DNA of 64,000 nt, taken from positions 104,323-168,322 of the forward strand of contig JAFLVJ010000002.1 in NCBI GenBank assembly GCA_022508375.1. Reading direction: 5' to 3'. Of this stretch, positions 46,701-54,405 are shown in pieces. The stretch is from Clostridiales bacterium. Lineage in GTDB: Bacteria > Bacillota > Clostridia > Christensenellales > CAG-314. The first letter of the stretch is position 1. Every line of letters begins with the position of its first letter. Below the pieces are notes generated by a model. The model saw only the letters and a list, made by a program, of their open reading frames with translations, was not told the origin of the DNA and searched no databases. A program made the translations under genes and the position numbers.

Positions 46701-46982
46701 ACAATGTCCTACACCGTTGAGGGTACGGGCGCAGCTTGGGCAATGCAGATGTTCTACAAATCCAACGTAAGCGCTAACGCGTACAACTCCTCTTTGAAGA
46801 TAACGGCAAGCGTTAATACCACAATTAAAGTATGCGGTCAATCCGTTGAGTTGAAAGCAAATGAAGCTAAGGTAGTAACGGTTACAGGTTACAAGTCCGA
46901 AAAAGGCAGTGCTATTGACATTCAATTCGGTTTTACAGGCGGTACTTTTACAATTGAAGACGTAAACGTGACTGCAGCGTAA
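43797..46982 (+). CDS. 1061-aa surface lipoprotein: three Big_2 domains plus four CBM-like modules alternating with three roughly 88-aa repeats (putative glycan-binding protein)
   Basis: Lipobox 'VAFAAC|KN'. GGAGG RBS. Big_2-like 'LTATVTGSDEAISWSVEPADVVSL'. The internal repeat structure is read directly from the translation. Confidence 0.85.
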   Translation: MRKTKLLSLLALLVMVCVVVTVAFAACKNNGSGEIKLSQTELNLVEGGNAQLTATVTGSDEAISWSVEPADVVSLTRVTDKIYTVKALKVGTATITVKSGDLSATCAVTVSEKEVVTITLNGQAVTTASVDMGNTITLAASSNKGNAITAWTSSNENIATVANGVVSGLKPGKVTISAQVTASIKADIEVTVNSVGGYEYYEISVVKPPEALSNTPGVWECWTEWGQFAALNYDNGTVNIDFTENGGAWYNIQLFHIDTAIDAGKFYKLTFDIDSSEAGHITVNGNVVELLKGKHSYEVYFTNGNGFSIQFGVDGVGIDILEAKVAISNIQYTEDTSRVTLNAPSFTYNSDTGVITINDSNSAGVKNYVLNLYQNGKYVTGVTIAKSGDVVDWSLVISGTYQAKLKAIATNSHYIDSEESAAVEIVVVNEGGIHYTFHNEPPIGSEGNTEMDAGGATAKQTPGIWTYWSSWWVTIDGEFKNDKLTVTFSNNTGNWTDTQLFYKHPGLESGKIYKMQLEIDSNAGGRVTLNGAEFTIKEGKHVYDIVFTENGGTSIALVFGLNGQDTAQEIPAATMVFEIKGVTEVVASKLAAPSFTLEADNVIKITDTNTTGVGRYELGFFQGGELKTTVVVVNNESVDLSKVAAGTYQVKLRAIAANAAYIDSDWSTVADQITSATENTPIANGEETDAYTHPGNWYEWHDQNWNGSTVNVSKAYIDKDGAINYSFNIVAGANTYDQAAHLYYHYSDKVVGSAYTLTLKVKSSVACTVDFCGVKKALTVGDNDISVTFNQPAQGSSWNGKPIGATIRIYFNNSGEFVLSNINVSSATQTKLNAPSFTVDSSSKVITITDSNASGSVGRYELGFFQGETLKTTVTVTNGQAVALGTVPSGTYTVKLKAIAANAEYIDSDWSTTTATIVSATEKVEIGYHEEQDAFTGWAYWDSKVSADWNQWTKATCSKCEMDVNGKVTMSYTVEGTGAAWAMQMFYKSNVSANAYNSSLKITASVNTTIKVCGQSVELKANEAKVVTVTGYKSEKGSAIDIQFGFTGGTFTIEDVNVTAA
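44817..45080 (+). repeat. Intragenic repeat module 1 ('LNAPSFTYNSDTGVITINDSN...YQAKLKAIATNSHYIDSE')
   Basis: Homologous to the modules at 45564-45828 and 46289-46560. Confidence 0.8.
45564..45828 (+). repeat. Intragenic repeat module 2 ('LAAPSFTLEADNVIKITDTN...YQVKLRAIAANAAYIDSDWS')
   Basis: Roughly 80% nucleotide identity by eye to module 3 over the segment 'attgcYgcaaatgcggMatayatYgaYtccgattggtc'. Confidence 0.8.
46289..46560 (+). repeat. Intragenic repeat module 3 ('LNAPSFTVDSSSKVITITDSN...YTVKLKAIAANAEYIDSDWS')
   Basis: See modules 1 and 2. Confidence 0.8.
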
Positions 46983-47012
46983 AGCATTTTTATACAAATA
47001 AGCAATTCAAAG

Positions 47013-47033
47013 GGCGGCGGTATTATCGCCGCC
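47013..47033 (+). terminator. GC hairpin after the 1061-aa gene (weak terminator, no U-tract)
   Basis: ggcggcg(47013-47019)/cgccgcc(47027-47033) with a 7-nt loop. No T-run follows. Confidence 0.35.
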
Positions 47034-47058
47034 GTCCGAATTTAAAAATGGAGAATAT

Positions 47059-50028
47059 ATGACAAAAAAGAGATTAGTGCGATTGATAGCGCTACCCATT
47101 GTGGCGGTAATTTTGATTGCTATCATGATAGTTGTCAATTACTTCCTCAATTACTATGCGCTGATAATTCACCGTTTCCTTGCGGGCGATACTACCAACG
47201 CCTCCGGTGAAGAAACGTTAGGTGCGCTAGCCGCCGCCGACGAAGTGGTACAGGACGCCGCTGCGGAAAGTATCGTTTTGTTGGAAAACAAAGACGGTTT
47301 TCTTCCGCTGAACAACCTTGAAAAGGTCAATCTTTTCGGTTGGGGCGCAACGGATGCAGGTTTTTTGCTTACGGGTGGCGGTAGCGGCGGTACAACCATT
47401 ACCGACAGTCTCGAGGACGGCACTCCGCGCATCAAGATAGACTTGACGGACGCGTTTAAACAAGCGGGTATCGAATACAACGTTGAACTTACCCGCGCTT
47501 ACGAAAGTTTCAGCAGCTTCGACGCAGATTACCGTTCGGGCGGTTCAACGGGTGCAAACGCAACGCAAAGTTTGCTAAACCCCGACGCAAGTTTTTACTC
47601 TGCGTCACTAATGGACCAAGCTTATTCATATTCCAAGACGGCGGTAGCCGTTATAAGCCGTTGGGGTTGTGAAAACGGCGGCGAAAACGAATTGAAGAGT
47701 ATCGGTTCGTATCAAAACGGCGATTTCCTTCGCCTTACCGCGCAGGAAAAAGCAATGTTTGATAAACTGCAGGACAAGGGCTTTGACGTAATAGTTTTGC
47801 TCAACGTCTGCAACAATATCGAACTTGGGTTTGTTGAGGAATACAGCTGTATCAAGGCGTGTCTGCACGTGGGAATCCCCGGTCAATCGGGAACAATGGC
47901 AATCCCCAAGATTATCACGGGCGAAATCAACCCCTCCGGCAGAACAAGCGATACGCTTGCCTACGACTACTCTACAAATAATCCCGTATATGTTAACGCA
48001 GTCAAGAACGGCAACGACTTAACCTATCAGGAAGGTATTTACTTCGGTTATAAGTGGTACGAAACGGCGGCAGCGGAAGGATTATTCAACTACGACGAGG
48101 TAGTGCAATATCCCTTCGGTTACGGGTTGTCCTACACGACGTTTAGCTGGAGAGTGCAATGGTTCGGCGAGACCGCGCTCACCAAGGACGGACAATACAC
48201 TGTTAAGGTTACCGTAACTAACACGGGTGACGTTGCAGGTAAGGACGTAGTTCAGTTGTACGGTCATGCGCCTTACATAAATGGCGGTATCGAAAAAGCC
48301 GAGCGCATACTGCTCGACTTCGCCAAGACTCCCTTGATTGATCCGGGCAAGTCGGAAACTGTCGAACTGACATTTAAGACGTACGAGTTGGCGTCCTACG
48401 ACGACTACGACAGGAACAGCAACGGCTTCAAGGGTTACGAACTTGACGCAAGTACGGCGGACAACAAGTACGAAATAGCCCTGATGTCGGACTCTCACAC
48501 CAAGCTGGACAGTCGCGAAATGAATGTTACGAGCAACATACAGTACGCAAAAGACCCCGTTACGGGCGAGAAAGTAGGCAATCTGTTCACGGGCAGCGAC
48601 GCGTATGCAAATATGCCAATTGACGGTAGCGCGGCATTTAATACGGCAATCAACTATCTTTCGAGAAAGGATAAATTTGCCAATATGCCCAAGCAATCCG
48701 CAGGCACTAGCAACAACGGCAAGGTTAACGCCGCTATAAACTTCAGATATGCAGGCTACAACGACAAGGACGTTTCATTCATCAGTTACGGTAATGACGT
48801 CGGTCTGTTCCTTGTTGGCGTACAGGGCGAAAACGATACCGTTACCAAGGCAAGCGCAATAGAGATGTTAAACGGCGCTGATACGTCGGTAAACCTTGTT
48901 TACAACAAGGAAATAATTGAACTTTTTGTCAATTACGACAACGAAGATAACCCCGAACTATGGGATTTGCTGCTCAATCAGTTGACGCAAGACGATGTTA
49001 AAAACCTCATCGGTCTTGGCGGATTCCAAACGACGGAACTGTTGAGTATCGGCAAACCTCGCGCCAAGGACATGGACGGTCCCGCAGGCTTCAATAACAA
49101 CGTAAGCAGCCCCGGCAAGTCCAGCCCTTATACACTGTTCCCCAGTGAATCGTTACTTGGTTGCAGTTGGAGCAAGGAAGTTGCCTACAGTGTCGGCGAA
49201 GCTCAGGCAAAGATAGCCTCAAGTATGGGCGTAAACGGGTGGTACGGACCGGGCGTAAACCTCCACCGTTCGGTGTACAACTCGCGTAACTATGAGTATT
49301 TCAGCGAGGACGCAGTATTGAGCGGCAAGCTTGCAACCGAGATGATTGTAGGCGCCAAGGAAAATAACCTGTACTGTTACCTCAAGCACTTTGCAGTGAG
49401 CGAAGCGGGACAAAACCCCAAAAACCTTAACACTTGGCTTACTGAACAAAATCTTCGTGAAAACTACCTCAAGGCGTTTGAAATCGCAGTTAAAGGCGCT
49501 AAGGCAAACGCAATGATGAGCGCGTTCAACCGCGTAGGCGCAACGTTGTGCGGTTACAACCACGCATTGCTTACCGACGTTTTGCGTACCGAATGGGGAT
49601 TCCGCGGTAGTGTAATCACCGACTGGTACGAGGGAAGCGGTTACATGAGCAACCACGAACTGGGTATTCTTGCAGGCAACGATTTGTGGCTGTGCGGCAC
49701 GACGCAACAACCCGCCGATCTCGATTTGAGCAAGCCGGAAGTTGCTTATGCGGCTCGTCAATCGGTAAAAAATATTTTGTACACGTACATTAGCACCAAC
49801 GCAACGTCAAGCGGAATCAAGGTCAATCCGGAGGCTCACTCCAACCTGTTTGATGCGTTGTGGATAATCATCAATATTGTTCTCAGTTTGGGAATTGCGG
49901 CATGCGTAATATTTGCGGTTTTGCCCTTTGTACTGGATTATATCAACAAACGCAAGGCTCTCAAACAGACTTCAGGTCATGATTCTTCGCAAGCCGATAC
50001 CCCGCATAGCGACAAAAGGAACGAATAA
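47059..50028 (+). CDS. Glycoside hydrolase family 3 beta-glucosidase with permuted domain order and N- and C-terminal TM anchors
   Basis: N-terminal TM 'LIALPIVAVILIAIMIVVNYF'. 'VLLENKDGFLPL' and 'YPFGYGLSYTTFSW' (GH3 C-domain and Fn3-like) precede 'KDMDGPAGF', 'KHFAVSEAGQN', 'SAFNRVG' and 'GSVITDWY' (GH3 catalytic N-domain). C-terminal TM 'WIIINIVLSLGIAACVIFAVLPFVL'. GGAG RBS. Confidence 0.9.
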   Translation: MTKKRLVRLIALPIVAVILIAIMIVVNYFLNYYALIIHRFLAGDTTNASGEETLGALAAADEVVQDAAAESIVLLENKDGFLPLNNLEKVNLFGWGATDAGFLLTGGGSGGTTITDSLEDGTPRIKIDLTDAFKQAGIEYNVELTRAYESFSSFDADYRSGGSTGANATQSLLNPDASFYSASLMDQAYSYSKTAVAVISRWGCENGGENELKSIGSYQNGDFLRLTAQEKAMFDKLQDKGFDVIVLLNVCNNIELGFVEEYSCIKACLHVGIPGQSGTMAIPKIITGEINPSGRTSDTLAYDYSTNNPVYVNAVKNGNDLTYQEGIYFGYKWYETAAAEGLFNYDEVVQYPFGYGLSYTTFSWRVQWFGETALTKDGQYTVKVTVTNTGDVAGKDVVQLYGHAPYINGGIEKAERILLDFAKTPLIDPGKSETVELTFKTYELASYDDYDRNSNGFKGYELDASTADNKYEIALMSDSHTKLDSREMNVTSNIQYAKDPVTGEKVGNLFTGSDAYANMPIDGSAAFNTAINYLSRKDKFANMPKQSAGTSNNGKVNAAINFRYAGYNDKDVSFISYGNDVGLFLVGVQGENDTVTKASAIEMLNGADTSVNLVYNKEIIELFVNYDNEDNPELWDLLLNQLTQDDVKNLIGLGGFQTTELLSIGKPRAKDMDGPAGFNNNVSSPGKSSPYTLFPSESLLGCSWSKEVAYSVGEAQAKIASSMGVNGWYGPGVNLHRSVYNSRNYEYFSEDAVLSGKLATEMIVGAKENNLYCYLKHFAVSEAGQNPKNLNTWLTEQNLRENYLKAFEIAVKGAKANAMMSAFNRVGATLCGYNHALLTDVLRTEWGFRGSVITDWYEGSGYMSNHELGILAGNDLWLCGTTQQPADLDLSKPEVAYAARQSVKNILYTYISTNATSSGIKVNPEAHSNLFDALWIIINIVLSLGIAACVIFAVLPFVLDYINKRKALKQTSGHDSSQADTPHSDKRNE

Positions 50029-50041
50029 TTAGGGTGGTAAA

Positions 50042-52441
50042 ATGGATAAAAAAAGTATTATTGAACAAATGACTCTACGACAAAAAGCGGACTTTCTTAC
50101 GGGCAAAAACTTTTGGGAGACTAAGGATTATCCCGAGTACGGTATTCCCAGCCTGTTTTTGTCCGACGGTCCTCACGGACTACGCAGACAAGCCGCCAAG
50201 GCGGACCACTTAGGACTTAACAAAAGTATCCCCGCAACCTGTTTTCCCACGGCTGCAACAATGGCTAATTCATGGAACGAACAGCTTGGCGAGGAAATGG
50301 GCAAAGCGTTAGGTGAAGAAGCGGCAGCGCAAAACGTCAACGTTCTTTTGGGCCCGGGTACGTGTATGAAGCGTAACCCACGTTGCGGCAGAAACTTCGA
50401 GTATTTCTCGGAGGACCCCTATCTTGCAGGTAAAATGGCAGCCAGTTACATAAGGGGAATACAGTCCAACGGTACGTCGGCGTGCGTAAAGCACTATGCA
50501 GCCAACAACCAGGAAGAAAGACGTATGGTAACTGACTCCGTCATGGACGAAAGAACCCTGCGTGAAATTTATCTTACGGCATTTGAAATTGCAGTCAAAG
50601 AGGGCAAAACGCACGCGGTCATGTCCTCATACAACATGATTAACGGTCAATTTGCCGACGAAAACATCCACACACTGCGCGAAATTTTGCGTGGCGAGTG
50701 GGGGTATGACGGAGTGGTCATGTCCGACTGGGCAGGTACCAACAACAAGGTTATGTCCACTATTGCGGGAAGCGACCTCGAAATGCCCGGTTGCCGTTAC
50801 GGCGCGGACGACGTTGTCAAGGCAGTTGAAAGCGGCGAACTGGATATAAGTTACGTTGACGAGTGTGTCGAACGTATCCTGACGTTGATTGAAAGAACCA
50901 CCGAAGGCGAAAAGGGCAAGCCGTTTGATGTAGAAGCTCACCACGAGCTAGCGCGTAAATGCGCCGAGGAAAGCATCGTGCTGTTGCAAAACAACGGCGT
51001 ACTTCCGTTAAAGAAAGAGGCCAGCGTAGCAATTATAGGCGACTTCGCCAAGACTCCGCGCTATCAGGGCGCAGGCTCGTCGGTGGTTAACCCCACCAAG
51101 CTGGAAACACCCTTAGGCAGCCTTGGCAAACTCAACTGTATCGCCTATCAAAAAGGTTTCGACCGCTACGGCAAGACCAGCAAAGGACTTATCAATAAGG
51201 CGGTTAAACTGGCTAAGCAAGCAGACGTTGTTTTGCTGTACCTCGGTTTGGACGAAATAAGCGAAGCCGAGGGCTTGGACAGGGAACACATCAAGATTCC
51301 AAGCAATCAAATAGCACTGTACAAGGCTGTAAGAGCGGCAAGCAAGCAAGTTGTTGTGGTGCTGAGCTGCGGTAGCTCGGTTGAGCTGGATTGGTGCGCC
51401 GACGCCGACGCCTTAGTATATGGCTGTCTGTCCGGTCAAGCGGGAGCGTCTGCCGTGATGAACGTTATCACAGGCAAGGTCAATCCGTCCGGTAAACTTG
51501 CGGAAACATTCCCCGTTCGTTACGAGGATTGTTCTTCGGCAAGTCACTTCCCCGGCAAGCAAATGACGGTGGAGTATCGCGAAGGACTGTACGTCGGCTA
51601 CAGATATTACGACACTGTAAATATGCCTGTAACCTATCCGTTTGGATACGGACTGTCCTATACAACGTTTGAGTATTCCGATATTGTTGTAGATGATAAC
51701 GGTGTTCAATTTACCGTAACCAACACGGGCGAACGTGACGGCGCCGAGATTGCTCAGCTGTACGTTGGTATGAAGGACGGACAGGTATTCCGTCCGACTA
51801 AGGAGCTTAAAGGCTTTAAGAAGGTATATTTAGCCAAGGGAGAAAGCAAATCCGTTCGTATTGACTTCGACGATAAGACTTTCCGTTACTTCAACGTTAA
51901 CACCAATAACTGGGAAGTAGAGGGTGGCGTTTATCAACTTTACATAGGTGCTAGCATAGCCGATATTCGTCTTGAAGGTAGCGTCGAGCGTGCTGCAACC
52001 ACACAGGATATCCCCTATGACAAATCGCAACTGCCCTCTTACTACAGCGGAAACGTTGCTAACGTTAGTGACGAGGAGTTTACAACTTTGCTAGGCCGAG
52101 AGATACCGCCTTCGGGATACAATTTCTACAAAAAGAACCGTATGGTTATCCACGAAAACTGCACGGTGGCAGACCTGCGTTACTCCAAGCGTTGGATAGG
52201 CAGGTTCTTCGCGGGGCTGATTCGCTTTGCAATAGGCGTACTCCGTATAACCGGTGGCAGAACCAACGCAAATACTCTTGTAATGGGCGTGTTGCATCAA
52301 CCCGTACGCGGACTTGCCAAGTTCGGTAATATGAGCCGTAGGCAAATGGAAGCGTTGCTGTTGATGTTTAACGGACATTTCTTCAAGGGTGTAGGAATGT
52401 TTTTCAGCAAAGAGAAAAAAACTAAAGGAGAACAGAAATAA
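50042..52441 (+). CDS. Glycoside hydrolase family 3 beta-glucosidase (canonical domain order, no signal peptide)
   Basis: 'LSDGPHGLR', 'KHYAANNQE', 'SSYNMINGQ' and 'VVMSDWAG', then 'IVLLQNNGVLPL' and 'YPFGYGLSYTTFEY'. Confidence 0.92.
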   Translation: MDKKSIIEQMTLRQKADFLTGKNFWETKDYPEYGIPSLFLSDGPHGLRRQAAKADHLGLNKSIPATCFPTAATMANSWNEQLGEEMGKALGEEAAAQNVNVLLGPGTCMKRNPRCGRNFEYFSEDPYLAGKMAASYIRGIQSNGTSACVKHYAANNQEERRMVTDSVMDERTLREIYLTAFEIAVKEGKTHAVMSSYNMINGQFADENIHTLREILRGEWGYDGVVMSDWAGTNNKVMSTIAGSDLEMPGCRYGADDVVKAVESGELDISYVDECVERILTLIERTTEGEKGKPFDVEAHHELARKCAEESIVLLQNNGVLPLKKEASVAIIGDFAKTPRYQGAGSSVVNPTKLETPLGSLGKLNCIAYQKGFDRYGKTSKGLINKAVKLAKQADVVLLYLGLDEISEAEGLDREHIKIPSNQIALYKAVRAASKQVVVVLSCGSSVELDWCADADALVYGCLSGQAGASAVMNVITGKVNPSGKLAETFPVRYEDCSSASHFPGKQMTVEYREGLYVGYRYYDTVNMPVTYPFGYGLSYTTFEYSDIVVDDNGVQFTVTNTGERDGAEIAQLYVGMKDGQVFRPTKELKGFKKVYLAKGESKSVRIDFDDKTFRYFNVNTNNWEVEGGVYQLYIGASIADIRLEGSVERAATTQDIPYDKSQLPSYYSGNVANVSDEEFTTLLGREIPPSGYNFYKKNRMVIHENCTVADLRYSKRWIGRFFAGLIRFAIGVLRITGGRTNANTLVMGVLHQPVRGLAKFGNMSRRQMEALLLMFNGHFFKGVGMFFSKEKKTKGEQK

Positions 52442-54324
52442 TGGCAAAGAAAAGCATATTTGAAACACCGCTTTTATCTACTAAAATCAAGTCTGCCAAG
52501 GCCAAAATCTTTCCCGAGGGTGCGCTAGGCTACTTCTTGGGTCCGACGCTGGCGCTCATTGCCAATTCGGTCATGTCGAATTACTTCAACATGTACCTAT
52601 CCAACGTGCTCGGCATTTCGGACTGGTCGGCATTCGGTAAGGCTTTCTTCACCTGGTTACCTGTTATTTCCGTTATCATGGTTGTTGCGGGTAACATTCT
52701 CGTAGGTCGCCTGATGGATCGCAGCAAGACCAAGGCAGGCAAGGCAAGACCGCTCATTCTTCTTGCAATTCCGTTGTCGGTGCTTGCATTGCTGGTGTTA
52801 TTTGTGTTTTCGCCTTTTGCAAATGCCGAAAGTGCTGCGAGCAAGCAAGTAACGGCGTTTATCCTACTTGCAATCGGTTATAACCTATGGTTTGCCATTG
52901 CTTATCCTATTTACTATACTTCACACGCCGCGCTCGTCAATCTTTCCACGCGTAACAGCAAGGACCGTTCGTTGCTTGCAACTATATCCAACGCGACAAC
53001 TCTTGCCGCAATGGGTCTGTGCACAATGATATTGCCATTCTTCCTCAACTTGCTATTTGTGTATCAACTTGACGCTACTAAGCTTCCCGAGGGCGCTTTC
53101 GCCGTCATGGACGCAGCCGGTAAACTTCAGTATTACACGCTTGGCGAGGGTGGCGCAGTCATTTACGACCAGGTAGCGTCATATAACCACTGGAAGATTT
53201 TTGTTATCGCCCTCATGGTGACGACGGCGCTCGGCGCGCTGATTGAATTTTTCTTTACAAGAGAACGTATCACGGAAGAATCTTTCAATCTTAACATTAC
53301 CGAGGAAAAGAAAACTATATCCATCAAGCAACAAGCAAAGGTTTGCTTTAAGGATAAGTTCTGGATTATAATGATTGTGTTCTTCTTCCTGTATCAATTG
53401 GGCGGTATGATGAAGAACGTATCACAACTGTATTACTGCCAATCTATGTTTAAGGACGAATTCGGCAACTATACGACGGCTAACGGCGGTTTCTGGTCCG
53501 GTCAGATCGCTATCTACGGCGCAATTCCCACAGCTCTCGGTATGGTTATCGCTTGGCCTCTTTCCAACAAGATAGGTAAGGGTAAAGCAATTCTGTTTGG
53601 TGCAATACTTTCTACAATCGGTGGCGCAATCGGCTTTATTGCTCCGTCTAATCCGTGGGTTGTTGTTGCTTCCTTCGTTATTAAGGCGCTTGGTTCCACG
53701 CCGGCAATGTATTTGTCGCTCGCGCTTTTGGCAGACATTCTCGACCATCAAGAGGCTCGAAACGGTGTGCGTACCGACGGTCTCACTATGACTATCTACG
53801 GCGCAATTATGGCGGGCATGACAGGTATAGCAACCGGTATCATGAACGGTGTCCTTGTCGCTACCGGATACGATCCGACCAACGGCTACGTCTCCACCGA
53901 AGCGCTCCGTACGGCATTACCTTGGATATTCATCGGCGCTGAAACGCTGTGCTATGTAGCAATAGCAATCATCTTCATCTTCATGAGAGTGGAAAAATAC
54001 AGCAAGGAAGACCATGAGATAATCCTCGAACATCAAAAAGCTGCCGCGCTTGCCGCAGGCGAGGAATGGATTGAGCCGGAAGAAAGACTTCGTAGAGAGG
54101 AGGAAGAATCCAACCGCTTGGCGGAAGAAGCAAGGATAGCCGAACTCAAGGCTAAGTGCGACAAGAAAGGCTTGAACTTCGAGGAGGAAGAAGCCAAGTA
54201 TCAGGCAAAGCTTGAGGCTAAGCGCAAAGCCGCCGAGGAAAAGAAAGCCGCAAAAGAAGCGAAAAAGGCTAAAAAGGTTGAACAAACTCCCAACACCGAA
54301 GAAGATAAATCTAATCAAGAATAA
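52441..54324 (+). CDS. Glycoside-pentoside-hexuronide (GPH/MFS_2) cation symporter with a roughly 110-aa charged C-terminal tail
   Basis: 12-TM MelB/GPH-like body ('VGRLMDRSKTKAGKARP' loop motif). The start overlaps the GH3 stop (TAATG). The tail is rich in E, K and A. Confidence 0.85.
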   Translation: MAKKSIFETPLLSTKIKSAKAKIFPEGALGYFLGPTLALIANSVMSNYFNMYLSNVLGISDWSAFGKAFFTWLPVISVIMVVAGNILVGRLMDRSKTKAGKARPLILLAIPLSVLALLVLFVFSPFANAESAASKQVTAFILLAIGYNLWFAIAYPIYYTSHAALVNLSTRNSKDRSLLATISNATTLAAMGLCTMILPFFLNLLFVYQLDATKLPEGAFAVMDAAGKLQYYTLGEGGAVIYDQVASYNHWKIFVIALMVTTALGALIEFFFTRERITEESFNLNITEEKKTISIKQQAKVCFKDKFWIIMIVFFFLYQLGGMMKNVSQLYYCQSMFKDEFGNYTTANGGFWSGQIAIYGAIPTALGMVIAWPLSNKIGKGKAILFGAILSTIGGAIGFIAPSNPWVVVASFVIKALGSTPAMYLSLALLADILDHQEARNGVRTDGLTMTIYGAIMAGMTGIATGIMNGVLVATGYDPTNGYVSTEALRTALPWIFIGAETLCYVAIAIIFIFMRVEKYSKEDHEIILEHQKAAALAAGEEWIEPEERLRREEEESNRLAEEARIAELKAKCDKKGLNFEEEEAKYQAKLEAKRKAAEEKKAAKEAKKAKKVEQTPNTEEDKSNQE

Positions 54325-54405
54325 CATCATACAATAGCCACTTGTGATTGAAACGGTGACGTTCCCGATCACAGGTGGCTAGCCACTAATGGCAATCGAG
54401 GAAAA

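Noticed and set aside
44976-46997. 255-aa and 242-aa minus-strand ORFs (44976-45743 and 46269-46997).
   Set aside because: They are antisense to the well-supported 1061-aa lipoprotein gene and have no RBS.
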